Positions 45,490-54,789 of a stretch of 61,080 nt of DNA are shown in pieces. The position numbers were made by a program, and so were the translations under genes. Location: positions 1-61,080 of the IMG/VR virus record IMGVR_UViG_3300032219_001741. The stretch is one strand, 5' to 3'. The stretch is from a virus (taxonomy: Duplodnaviria; Caudoviricetes). Position 1 is the stretch's first letter, and every line of letters begins with the position of its first letter. The notes under the pieces were generated by a model. It did not search any database. It saw only the letters and a list, made by a program, of their open reading frames with translations, and was not told where the DNA came from.

Positions 45490-46584
45490 ATGAAGAAGTT
45501 CACTTGCACCGACAAGTGGGACAACAATTGGCACTTCGCGCTGAGTCCCTTTCACAAGCTCGCGTGGAGCTTCGTCAACGACCGATGCGACCACGCTGGG
45601 GTGATCGAGGTTCCTGACGTTCTCATGGCGGGATACGTCGGAGACCCAACCTTCACGATGGAGGCTTTCGCCATCATTGCCGGTCCCGAAAGAATCGTCC
45701 GTCTTGCGAGCGGCGCATGGTGGCTTCCAAAATACGTCGGGTTTCAACACGCCGGAGGCGTCTCCGCCAAGAAGAAGCCGCATCAACCTGCCGTCCGGTC
45801 CATCATCAAGAATCGGCTTCCAATCCTGATCGGGAACGATTCCGACGGGGTGTATGCCGTTCATAATCAATGGGTAAAAGATAGCTCTCTCTATCCTATT
45901 CCATACCCAACGGATAGGGATGTTTTACGTAAAACTTACGTAAACGATAGCTACAGAGATAGAGATAAGGAAAAGGATAAGGAAAAGGAAACGGATCAGG
46001 GTTTGCATGCCGATGGGTTTCTTGACTTCGCTTTGGAGCTTCCACCGTGCTGCGCTCTGAACATTGAGCCGACCACCGATGAGATCGACGCAGCGCGGCG
46101 ACACGACCCGGTTGCGCCCCTCGTCAAGCAAACCGGCTTGACTCGGGATCAGATGACGGCCTACATCGCGACGCTCAACAGCGGCGCGGAGAAGTTCACC
46201 CCGGAGTCCCTGCTTTTGGCCTACGCCAACGAACTGACGCAACGCGAGTATCGGGTCTATCGCGGGGGCGTCGGGCAGCGCACGGCGCCGTTTGTGACCA
46301 TGGGATCGTTTCGGACCGACTGCGAGCGGTTCGTTGATCTTGCCCGCAAGAGGCCGGAGATGAACAAGCTGGTGCTTCGTGAGGCCGCCGCATCATCCCA
46401 CATTGACCTCAGGACTCCTCCAGCGTTCAACTGGCGCAAGGCGGCCGGAATTCTCAACGGCACCGGCGTCGAAACCGCCGCAGTGTGGTCAAGCCTCCCC
46501 GAATCTCGGCGGAGGATCATCGCAACCAAAGGGGCGGACGCGCTTGCGCATCCCGAAAAATACGCCAAAGCCGCACGAGCATGA
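45490..46584 (+). CDS. Replication initiator / replisome organiser
   Basis: KFTCTDKW...LSP..KL.W....CDHAG N-terminal HTH pattern, DKEKDKEKE linker, directly upstream of DnaB. Confidence 0.75.
   Translation: MKKFTCTDKWDNNWHFALSPFHKLAWSFVNDRCDHAGVIEVPDVLMAGYVGDPTFTMEAFAIIAGPERIVRLASGAWWLPKYVGFQHAGGVSAKKKPHQPAVRSIIKNRLPILIGNDSDGVYAVHNQWVKDSSLYPIPYPTDRDVLRKTYVNDSYRDRDKEKDKEKETDQGLHADGFLDFALELPPCCALNIEPTTDEIDAARRHDPVAPLVKQTGLTRDQMTAYIATLNSGAEKFTPESLLLAYANELTQREYRVYRGGVGQRTAPFVTMGSFRTDCERFVDLARKRPEMNKLVLREAAASSHIDLRTPPAFNWRKAAGILNGTGVETAAVWSSLPESRRRIIATKGADALAHPEKYAKAARA
45871..45995. other. Putative replication origin inside the initiator gene
   Basis: AT-rich patch with gatagct x2, ttacgtaaa x2, gataaggaaaag x2. 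Confidence 0.5.
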
Positions 46585-47900
46585 ACGCCCATCCTTCTGA
46601 GTTGGCGCTGGTGGCTCTGGCGCTGCGCGATGACACATGGCTGGATCGGTTCGAGGAGGACCGGATTGAGTTCAGCGGCACTGTCCGCCGTGTGGTCGAG
46701 ACCATGCACGGGCTTAAGGCAAAACACGGATGCGCCCCGGATGTTCCGGCCTTGCGCCATGTGCTGAAAGACAACGAGGCGGCGCTTTCGTTGATCGAAG
46801 ACGCGCGATGCACCGACGTTCAGCGGGCGGCCTACGACATGCACCGCGACGCAGTGCGTGCCGAGCGGATCAAGCTGGCGGTGTTCGAGCTGACGGCGCG
46901 ATACGGCATCCTCAACGATCCGTTTGCGGTGGACGACCCTGAGACCGTCGTGGAGCGACTCAGCGCAGACATTGCACGGCTTGCGGAATCTCTCGCCATC
47001 GGCAAACGCGACACAGTCCAAGACGGACGCGGCATGGTGATGGCCTATCTGGACGAACTGGAAAGCCGGTCCAAGCAACCGATTTCCACCGGATTCCAAG
47101 AGGTTGACAACCTGACGGGCGGCGGATTCCGACCGGGTCAAATGATCATTATCGGGGCCTATACCGGCGTTGGAAAAAGCGCCCTCCTGACCGCGATGGC
47201 GTCATGGATGACCTCGCAAAAGAACTACACGCCAGGGATAAAGCCTGCCGTGCCGGTGCTGATCATCTCGATTGAAATGACGGCGGGCGAGGTTGAGGCT
47301 AGGATCTTGGCCCGGGAAACCGGCATCCCGATGGAGACGTTGATGTCGATGCGCAAGATTGAGGAGATGGAAAGCTGGCGCCAAAAGTCCCTACTTGCGC
47401 AGCAAAAGGAGCACTCCGAAAAAGCGACGTTGTTCTGCGATGATTCGCCGGACACGAACGCGGGGCGCCTGCGCAGCATGATCCGGCGTCAGGTCCGCAT
47501 CAATCACGTCCGAGTCGTCTTCATCGACTACATCCAGTTGTTGCGCACTGACCGGCGCGAGAACCGCGTTCAAGAACTCGACGACCTTTCACGCGAGCTA
47601 AAGGTGATCGCGAAAGAGCTAAACGTGACGATCATTTGCCTGGCGCAGTTGAGCCGATCCGCAAGCAAGGACGATCGCAAGCCAAGGTTGTCAGACCTCC
47701 GAGAGTCCGGTGGCTTGGAGGCAAACGCGAACATCGTCATTCTCCTAAGTCGAAGATCGCCCGAGGAAGGCGAGGGCGCCTACGAGGATACCGGGGTCAT
47801 GCCGCTGTTACTTGACGTGGCCAAGAATCGGGCGGGGAGAATCGGAGAGGTCAAACTTGGATTCAACGGCGAAACCATGGACTACGAGGAACGCGCATGA
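46581..47900 (+). CDS. dnaB: Replicative DNA helicase
   Basis: GAYTGVGKS, SIEM, FIDYIQL, LAQLSR, LSDLRESGGLE, VAKNRAG. Confidence 0.93.
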   Translation: MNAHPSELALVALALRDDTWLDRFEEDRIEFSGTVRRVVETMHGLKAKHGCAPDVPALRHVLKDNEAALSLIEDARCTDVQRAAYDMHRDAVRAERIKLAVFELTARYGILNDPFAVDDPETVVERLSADIARLAESLAIGKRDTVQDGRGMVMAYLDELESRSKQPISTGFQEVDNLTGGGFRPGQMIIIGAYTGVGKSALLTAMASWMTSQKNYTPGIKPAVPVLIISIEMTAGEVEARILARETGIPMETLMSMRKIEEMESWRQKSLLAQQKEHSEKATLFCDDSPDTNAGRLRSMIRRQVRINHVRVVFIDYIQLLRTDRRENRVQELDDLSRELKVIAKELNVTIICLAQLSRSASKDDRKPRLSDLRESGGLEANANIVILLSRRSPEEGEGAYEDTGVMPLLLDVAKNRAGRIGEVKLGFNGETMDYEERA

Positions 47901-48787
47901 CGAACACACCCGATTGGCTCAATCAACAACTGAGTGGATGCCCCACCAGTGGAGGCGGAGTGAACCTGTGGATTTACGGCATGGCCGGGAAGCTCAAGGC
48001 GTTTATGTCCCACGACCAAGCCAAGCAGGTTCTGCGCAACGCTGTGGCCGGTTGCGGGCGCCAAGTCCGCGACTTCGAGATTGACCGGGCGTTGCAACGA
48101 TCCGAGGCCCTGAAGCTATCCTCGGACGGCTACGAGCAGTTCACGACGGCAGACTCAAGTCTCTGTGCTCAAATCGACGACCGATATGAAATCAGCGGGG
48201 CGGATTTCATGGATCAATCGCCGATTCAAATGGACGGACAGGCAAGGACGCGAGCGATCCTTCGGAGGTTGTTCCGGCCCGACGAGACGATTTGCTTGGC
48301 CCGAGAGCATCTCTACGAGGCCAAGCTTCACCCGATGAGTGCACTTCCGGCCGACACGTCGGCGCATTCGTTTGTGGTCCCGAGCCCAATGAAGCCGGAG
48401 GGCGGGACGACGGACGACGGGAAGCCCTCGCAACGATCCAAGAACGGCGTGGTTCACCGTCGCTACGTGGTGGCGGATTTCGATCAGGATGCCCCGGACC
48501 AGCATTTGAGGAGGATCAATTTCCTGCGCAACTACGCGCCGCTTGTCGCTGTCGTTTGGAGCGGAGGCAAAGGCTACCATGGATGGTTCCTTGTCGAGAA
48601 CAAACCGAGCGCCGCCGTCAGGCAATTCATCGAGCTGGTCTGCAAACTGGGCGGAGATCGCGCAGCATGGCAACCGCACCAAGTGTTCCGACTTCCCGAT
48701 GGGTGGAGATATGCAAACCCGAGCAAGCCGGGCAGTGTCGCCAGTCGCCAGTCCTGTATCTACCTAAATCCTCCGACGTTTCAATGA
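47897..48787 (+). CDS. Primase (AEP/RepB-primase-like)
   Basis: VADFD, VWSGGKGYHGWF, FRLPDG. Confidence 0.75.
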   Translation: MTNTPDWLNQQLSGCPTSGGGVNLWIYGMAGKLKAFMSHDQAKQVLRNAVAGCGRQVRDFEIDRALQRSEALKLSSDGYEQFTTADSSLCAQIDDRYEISGADFMDQSPIQMDGQARTRAILRRLFRPDETICLAREHLYEAKLHPMSALPADTSAHSFVVPSPMKPEGGTTDDGKPSQRSKNGVVHRRYVVADFDQDAPDQHLRRINFLRNYAPLVAVVWSGGKGYHGWFLVENKPSAAVRQFIELVCKLGGDRAAWQPHQVFRLPDGWRYANPSKPGSVASRQSCIYLNPPTFQ

Positions 48788-49368
48788 ACTACCAGGATCT
48801 CAGTGACCAGACCATTGATGAAAAGATCGACGAACTTCGGGCGTCGCTCTCAACCATTCATGAGAGAGTTGCCGCCGAGTTTGATTGCGACCATGCCACC
48901 GTCAGCCTGTATTTCCAAACCTGCGTCGATGGAACGCGGCAATACCGGCGGAGGTGTTCGAGGTGTTTTCAGAACATCGGAAAAACTGTGCTTTCGCACA
49001 GAGAAGTTGCGGCTATTGCCTCGCAAGCGATCGAATGGGATCAACGACTACAGCAGGCATGGATCGACAAACGAACTCGCCGAACTCAAGAGATGCGAGT
49101 CAGTGTTGAGCGCGAAATTGAACGGCTTTGGGAGGAGAAGAAAACACTGCGCAAGGAAGATTACGCGGTGTATCTCACCACCGACAAATGGAAGGCTAAA
49201 CGCGAAAGAGTGCTCAAGCGGGACGATTATTTGTGCCAAGCTTGCCTGATTCGAAAAGCTACGCAGGTTCACCACAAGACCTACGAGCACATTTACAACG
49301 AGCCGTTGTTCGATTTGGAATCTGTTTGCGACATTTGCCACAACGCACTTCACTTCGACGAACCATGA
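48784..49368 (+). CDS. HNH endonuclease
   Basis: WKAKRERVLKRDDYLCQAC...VHHKTY...VCDICHNALH. Confidence 0.88.
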   Translation: MNYQDLSDQTIDEKIDELRASLSTIHERVAAEFDCDHATVSLYFQTCVDGTRQYRRRCSRCFQNIGKTVLSHREVAAIASQAIEWDQRLQQAWIDKRTRRTQEMRVSVEREIERLWEEKKTLRKEDYAVYLTTDKWKAKRERVLKRDDYLCQACLIRKATQVHHKTYEHIYNEPLFDLESVCDICHNALHFDEP

Positions 49369-49637
49369 CATCAATTCAAGACCTAATCCCAGACTCTCTT
49401 GCAAATCTCACGCGAGGCACCGACCCAAATCCAATCGTTGCACAGTGGGAGGATTTTATTTCGCTTTCGACCGGCAAAGCCAACGCCCGATATGAAATTG
49501 AGATGGACGACGTATCAACGCCACTGAAGCGAGGAAAGACAATCGAAGCCCTGCGGCTACTGCCTTGGTTTACACGGCAGCACGAGGCGGCATTAACGGC
49601 GTTTGCAATGGTAACTTTTGACGGAGCGCAATCATGA
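49365..49637 (+). CDS. Hypothetical protein
   Basis: ATGA-coupled. Confidence 0.55.
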   Translation: MTSIQDLIPDSLANLTRGTDPNPIVAQWEDFISLSTGKANARYEIEMDDVSTPLKRGKTIEALRLLPWFTRQHEAALTAFAMVTFDGAQS

Positions 49638-49876
49638 ACACGATGACCGACATGGAAAAAGACGCCTACGCGCAAGGCCAAACCGCCGCCCGCTGTGGCT
49701 GGGGAGAAGACGCGAACGAGTTCAAGGACGAGGTCCGGGCCGCCGCGTGGATGGATGGTTTCAGAGGGTGGCTAGGAATGCCTCAACCGGTTGCTGACGC
49801 CCGCACGTCGTGCGACACTGCTGAGCTGTTCGCGGGGTGCGACCCGTATCGGCCTGGACTCGAATTGCCGTCATGA
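49634..49876 (+). CDS. Hypothetical protein (Rmf/CrpP-like AY.QG..A...W..G pattern)
   Basis: AYAQGQTAA...AAWMDGF. Confidence 0.55.
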   Translation: MNTMTDMEKDAYAQGQTAARCGWGEDANEFKDEVRAAAWMDGFRGWLGMPQPVADARTSCDTAELFAGCDPYRPGLELPS

Positions 49877-50097
49877 CATCCGAAACCTATTGGGAGGCTA
49901 CGCAAGCCCAAAACCCCGCCTTCGCCGACGAGACTAAGCGCGTCACGATCACAGTGGGGAAGATCCGCGAACTCATGGCCGCCGCGCACGCTGAGGGATG
50001 CCGCGAGGCCGCCGACCTTCAAAGGATGTGCAGCGACTACCGGCGCGGGACCGCCTGGGAGGCGCTCGGGAAGATCCTGAAAATCAAACCGGAATGA
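49873..50097 (+). CDS. Hypothetical protein
   Basis: ATGA-coupled. Confidence 0.6.
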   Translation: MTSETYWEATQAQNPAFADETKRVTITVGKIRELMAAAHAEGCREAADLQRMCSDYRRGTAWEALGKILKIKPE

Positions 50098-50162
50098 ACG
50101 ACAAACAGAACTCCGTCCCTGACCCGTTCGAGGACGACTTGGAAGATTACGACGACGAATGA
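50094..50162 (+). CDS. 22-aa acidic micropeptide MNDKQNSVPDPFEDDLEDYDDE
   Basis: Not in the ORF track; ATGA overlaps at both ends fill the gap exactly. Confidence 0.6.
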   Translation: MNDKQNSVPDPFEDDLEDYDDE

Positions 50163-50404
50163 AGACCCGCCCCAGAAGCCGCCGCCTCATGGCCGTAAAG
50201 GCCAAGGTTCACCACGCGATCCGCGAAGCCCTGAAGTCCGGCCCGCTCGCCATCGGACCGATCGCGGACAAGGTCGGAACCGTGGCATACGAGAAAGCCA
50301 ACGGTGAAACCGGCCTGAGGATGATGGTCCGGTTGGAGTTGGACTGGCTCAAAAAGCAAGGGGTTGTTGCGAAGGACGAGATGCTTTGGAGGCTTGCCCA
50401 ATGA
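50159..50404 (+). CDS. Winged-helix-like protein
   Basis: IREALKSGPLAIGPIADKV...LDWLKKQGVV...WRL. Confidence 0.6.
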   Translation: MKTRPRSRRLMAVKAKVHHAIREALKSGPLAIGPIADKVGTVAYEKANGETGLRMMVRLELDWLKKQGVVAKDEMLWRLAQ

Positions 50405-50643
50405 CTGACCGTGAATCCGAGCGCCGCGCCAAGGCGACCGTCATCCGCAAGGCCCCGCAGAAGTTCGCCCACTGCAACGGGTGTTTCTCCCTTGTGAGCC
50501 GCCGATATTTGGACAAAGCGACGTTTCGGATCTGTCCCAACTGCCATCATTACCGCTTCGACGAAGGGCCGCGCGCCAAGCAGATTGTGCTTGATGCGGT
50601 GGATGCGGCCCTTTGTTCAGACAACGTCCCGGTCTGGGATTGA
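50401..50643 (+). CDS. Zn-ribbon protein
   Basis: CNGC...CPNCHHYRFD. Confidence 0.65.
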   Translation: MTDRESERRAKATVIRKAPQKFAHCNGCFSLVSRRYLDKATFRICPNCHHYRFDEGPRAKQIVLDAVDAALCSDNVPVWD

Positions 50644-50680
50644 CGGGTAACGCGGAACAATTATCTTTCCTGACACAACC

Positions 50681-50968
50681 ATGCAACCCTACGCCGAACG
50701 CGTCGCTGAGTCCAAAGCGGTTCAAAAGCTGGACCGGAAGACGCCATACGTGATTGAGGGCGTGAGCCGCACGCAGTTGAGCCCGTGCCGTCACTACGGC
50801 GGATGCGTCTTCAACGGGGCGCATTACAGCTACGTGCCGCCCACCGATGAACTGGTCCGGGCCGATGTCGTCAAAGCGCTTTCGAGAGAAGACAAAGCGG
50901 CAGCAAAGGCCGCAAATTCGGGGAGCAGCTCCCCGAAAATCGAGGAGCAACCCGAATTGATTTCATGA
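50681..50968 (+). CDS. Hypothetical protein
   Basis: GVSRTQLS...YGGC.FNG.HY.Y.P.TDELVR; TTGACG upstream. Confidence 0.65.
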   Translation: MQPYAERVAESKAVQKLDRKTPYVIEGVSRTQLSPCRHYGGCVFNGAHYSYVPPTDELVRADVVKALSREDKAAAKAANSGSSSPKIEEQPELIS

Positions 50969-51603
50969 CCATGCAAGCCATCCTAGACTTCGCCCGGGAC
51001 CACATCGAAACCATCATTTGCGCCGTCGCCGGAGTTTGCTTCGGACTGGCGTGGACGATTAACCAAGGAGCGTTTCGACTCTCCCGCGACATCGATGCAA
51101 AGCTTAGGGAGTTCCGCGCCGAAGTTGATCGCGAGAGGGCGTATTCTGCCGAGGTCGCCCGACTCCTTGAAACCGGCATCGAACTTATGACCCCCGCCCA
51201 AGTCGAGCAATGGGCGGGCGTGCGCGAGTTCCTTGCGGCCTACAGCGTAAGATCGGCGAAGGGCGAGGACGATGACGCGGGAACCGAGGAACCGGCGCGA
51301 GAGGGGCGTCCTGGCGCGATTCTGACGCAAGCCGAAGCGCAAGCCGCCGCGATCCGTCACGAGATGGAAAACTTCACGCCCGAAGAACGCAAGGAGCGGG
51401 CCGCGCGATTCAGGGACCAGCGCTCTTTTACCCTGAGGAATGCGAACGAAGACCTCACACACCCGGGGTATCCGCCCGAATACAGCCTAACCTCCGCAGA
51501 GATCGCCGAGCGTTTGCGCGTCGGCATCATGGACTTTGAGGAGCCGGGCGACGCGGACGCTGGGTTTCCTGATTGGACGCCCAAAGCGCAAAGGCCGTTT
51601 TGA
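50965..51603 (+). CDS. Membrane-anchored hypothetical protein
   Basis: N-terminal TM IICAVAGVCFGLAW. Confidence 0.6.
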   Translation: MTMQAILDFARDHIETIICAVAGVCFGLAWTINQGAFRLSRDIDAKLREFRAEVDRERAYSAEVARLLETGIELMTPAQVEQWAGVREFLAAYSVRSAKGEDDDAGTEEPAREGRPGAILTQAEAQAAAIRHEMENFTPEERKERAARFRDQRSFTLRNANEDLTHPGYPPEYSLTSAEIAERLRVGIMDFEEPGDADAGFPDWTPKAQRPF

Positions 51604-51682
51604 TTTAGCACAATCCGCAACCGCCGCAAACCGGACGGGTTGAACTTTCTCGCATCCCGCGCGGGTAAGGGGACGATGGGGC

Positions 51683-52171
51683 GTGGCTTTGGAACCTTCC
51701 GCAATCACCCCAGCACAATGGACCTCGTTCATTGACCAGTTTGCGGAATCGACAAAGGCCGGGATGATCGCGGCGGCGACGAACCACGGCATCCAGATCC
51801 AGTTTTTTGTCGATGAGACCGGACGCAGTTACGTTGATTGCGAGTTCGACTTCTTGGTTCAGCTCAACGCGTTTGACGTGGTCTCCACCGAGCTGACACC
51901 GCTCTCGGAGTCCAGTGAGACCCGCACCGAAAACGAGCTGATCACGACGACGGTGACCACAACATTGGAGGAGAGGACCGTGCAAAACTCCGAGGTGACG
52001 GGGGCGGATGTTGTGACCGAGCAAACCACAATCCGAGGGGCACAAACCGTATCTGGCACGCAGACCGAGACGGGAAGTCAGACCGCCAATCACCCAAACA
52101 GTCAATCTACCGTCACCAGCACAGGTTCGGACTCGACGACTGAAACCATGACCTACACGGAGATCGCGTAA
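51683..52171 (+). CDS. Thr-rich structural protein
   Basis: GTG start; long T/E/S-rich beta-like C-terminus. Confidence 0.65.
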   Translation: MALEPSAITPAQWTSFIDQFAESTKAGMIAAATNHGIQIQFFVDETGRSYVDCEFDFLVQLNAFDVVSTELTPLSESSETRTENELITTTVTTTLEERTVQNSEVTGADVVTEQTTIRGAQTVSGTQTETGSQTANHPNSQSTVTSTGSDSTTETMTYTEIA

Positions 52172-52554
52172 TGGCAGCCCCTGAAGGATTTGAATTGACC
52201 CAACGCGAAACCCAGGCCGGGAGCGGCAAGGGTCAGGTGCAGACCGACACGGGCGGAACGAGCACTGGAAGCAGTTCCAGCACACGGACCAACTCCGAGA
52301 ATCGCGGGCAGGCCACGGACATCGCGACGACCCGCAGAAAGCCGGGCGGCGTCGAGAAGCAAACAACGATTGCCGATCCGACGACTCGGACGCAGACGCA
52401 GACGGTCCCGCAACAGCAAATCACGACCGCAACGACCAAACAACCCGTCACGACGACCAGCACGGCCAAAGGTCATGCCGTCGTGAGGGTGAAGTGTCGG
52501 CTCCAGATCATCAACCCCGGCCCCTACGCGACGGGTTCCGGTTTATCCTGTTAA
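52171..52554 (+). CDS. Thr/Gln-rich structural protein
   Basis: TAATG coupling; T-rich. Confidence 0.65.
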   Translation: MAAPEGFELTQRETQAGSGKGQVQTDTGGTSTGSSSSTRTNSENRGQATDIATTRRKPGGVEKQTTIADPTTRTQTQTVPQQQITTATTKQPVTTTSTAKGHAVVRVKCRLQIINPGPYATGSGLSC

Positions 52555-52598
52555 TTATTGACCTTGCGCGAAGGTCAATTCGTGCGAACAATCGAAAC

Positions 52599-53282
52599 GT
52601 GACGCGGCTAGAGTTCAAAAACCTCGTGCTTTGGGGGACTGCCAATCAGCAGTCCACGACCGCTTCCAACATGCTGCACCAGAGCATGGCTGCCGCAACG
52701 AATCTCGCTTATCAGACGGCTTGGAACTCCCCGAAGTCCGACGTTTACCGGACCCGGGACTTCACGATTTCGACCGTCGTCAGTCAGTTCGCCTACGTGC
52801 TGCCCGCCGAGGTGATGGAGGTTGCGGCCCCTGTGCGATGCGCGGGGTTGCCGCTCACGGAGATTGAAGAAGAGGGCGATTTCTTTGGGCTCAACGCTCG
52901 ATTCGGGCTGGATCTAGCAACCACCGGCACGCCTCAATACTACTTCCTGAAGCCAACCAACGCCGTCCACACGGACGCCGAGGCGATCACCTTGACGATG
53001 TTGCTGGCGCCGACACCGAGCGCAATCCGCGTTGTGGACTACAACGCCAACGTCAAGGCTCCGCGCTACTCTGCGTGCGACCTCGAAGACGATGCGGCGG
53101 TGATGCACGGAATGAACGGATACATCGAACTCTACATCCTCCCGTTGGCCAAGGAATCGATGATGGCCACGGCCAACTTTTACCGCCAGGACATCGCCGC
53201 GCAGATCACACGGGAAGCAGAAGCGGCCCGCGCGGGGCTTGGGATCATTCAACCGGCGTCGGCCAAGCGGGAGGCGGCATGA
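52599..53282 (+). CDS. Head-to-tail adaptor-like protein
   Basis: YVLPAEVMEV, TGTPQYY, LAPTPS motifs of podovirus adaptors. Confidence 0.65.
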   Translation: MTRLEFKNLVLWGTANQQSTTASNMLHQSMAAATNLAYQTAWNSPKSDVYRTRDFTISTVVSQFAYVLPAEVMEVAAPVRCAGLPLTEIEEEGDFFGLNARFGLDLATTGTPQYYFLKPTNAVHTDAEAITLTMLLAPTPSAIRVVDYNANVKAPRYSACDLEDDAAVMHGMNGYIELYILPLAKESMMATANFYRQDIAAQITREAEAARAGLGIIQPASAKREAA

Positions 53283-54238
53283 CATCCACGCAAGCCATCC
53301 AGAGCGTTCTCGATCTCACGGACATCAAGTCCTTGGATGGCGCGTCCATCAATCACCGCTTGATCCTCGCCAACGCACTGACGGCATCGGTTCAGCTTTG
53401 GTTCGAGCTGGCCCCATCGATCTACAAGCGGACCCGGGCGACGTTCGCCACGACCTATCCGCAAACGGTGACGTGCGTGTTTGAGCCGGGCGGCAACACG
53501 GCCAGCGCCGAAGTGTTCACGGACGCAATGCGCGGGTCCACGGTCCTCATCGCGGGCGACAACACTTGGAACGAGGTTGTTGATCGATCCACGGTGCTTT
53601 ATCCGTATCGCGGCACGGCCAACAGTGTCAACGCGGTGGTCTACGGCGATTGCTGGACGTTCTTCGACTTCGCAATCGAGCGCATCGCGGGGGATGTCGA
53701 ATACCAAACCGGAGACGGCAAAATCGGGTTGCTTTCACCGCGCGAGACCGGCCGCCGTCAGCTTCACTCCCATCATTCCAGCATCAACGCCTTCGCGAAC
53801 TACGGGACGGGCTGGGGATTCGCCGGTGGATCGGCCGACATCCGGCAGATCCGCGAGGTGCCGACCTGCTACACGCTCGAACCGGTGGGCGATTCGGTAA
53901 ATTCCGGCGACCTTGACGCGACGATGATGGTCCGGCTTGACCCGATCCCGTCGCGCGGCCTGAGTTTGTCGGCCATGGTGGACATCCTACCCCGGACCTA
54001 CGGAGTCCAGCACGTCACCAACACGCCGCTCAACCTCCCGGTGCCAGACGAGCGATGCCAGCTCACGCTTCTGCCGCTATTGGCCCTCAAAGTGGCGAAC
54101 TCAACCATTGGCACGGTGCCGCAAGCCAAGATGGGCGGGATTCAAGACGAAGCCGCCGAGGCCAGGAATCGAATCGCGATGTTGCCGAAGGTTCGGCACC
54201 GCACCCAATCACGTCTCGCCATCAAACCCGGACACTGA
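53279..54238 (+). CDS. Adaptor/tail protein, possible paralogue of the previous gene
   Basis: VPTCYTL, VRLDPIP, LPVPD...LLPL. Confidence 0.6.
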   Translation: MTSTQAIQSVLDLTDIKSLDGASINHRLILANALTASVQLWFELAPSIYKRTRATFATTYPQTVTCVFEPGGNTASAEVFTDAMRGSTVLIAGDNTWNEVVDRSTVLYPYRGTANSVNAVVYGDCWTFFDFAIERIAGDVEYQTGDGKIGLLSPRETGRRQLHSHHSSINAFANYGTGWGFAGGSADIRQIREVPTCYTLEPVGDSVNSGDLDATMMVRLDPIPSRGLSLSAMVDILPRTYGVQHVTNTPLNLPVPDERCQLTLLPLLALKVANSTIGTVPQAKMGGIQDEAAEARNRIAMLPKVRHRTQSRLAIKPGH

Positions 54239-54453
54239 TGACCCGCAACGGCCAAACCCGCGACCCGCTCCCCGGCCTATCCCCCGGACCTGTATGGGTT
54301 CGCACCGGAAACGATTATCGGCCCGCGCCCGTGAAGCAATCCGACATCGGCCAAGCCTTCAACACGGACGCCGAGGGCGTGATCCGCATCGCGGGATTCA
54401 CCGGCGACGACCCGCTTTTCATCAAGGACGGCAACAACATCCGACTCATCTGA
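54238..54453 (+). CDS. Small hypothetical virion protein
   Basis: TGATG coupling. Confidence 0.55.
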   Translation: MTRNGQTRDPLPGLSPGPVWVRTGNDYRPAPVKQSDIGQAFNTDAEGVIRIAGFTGDDPLFIKDGNNIRLI

Positions 54454-54455
54454 CC

Positions 54456-54785
54456 ATGGAGACCACCACTCAAATCAAACTCACCACCGGCACCGGGCCG
54501 CGATGCCTCAAGATCCCTGCCGGGGCGTTGTCCTGGCAGGTCAAAGCGCACGGCGGCGGAACGATCAAGCTGAAGATCGGCACGCAATCCATTGTTGCCT
54601 GCTCGCCTGAGACCGGTTGGGATTCCGGCATCCTGCCGCTCCGGCTCAACGACCCCCTGACTCACCCGGCGATCGTCGTGGAGTTCAGCGGAGGCGACGG
54701 TGTCGCGTCCTACGTGGCCATCGACGACATCGGGGAGATTAAAGAGTTCGGCGACACGGTCGCCATCGCAACCGTCACCGCGTAA
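54456..54785 (+). CDS. Small beta-rich virion protein
   Basis: In tail operon. Confidence 0.6.
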   Translation: METTTQIKLTTGTGPRCLKIPAGALSWQVKAHGGGTIKLKIGTQSIVACSPETGWDSGILPLRLNDPLTHPAIVVEFSGGDGVASYVAIDDIGEIKEFGDTVAIATVTA

Positions 54786-54789
54786 CGCC

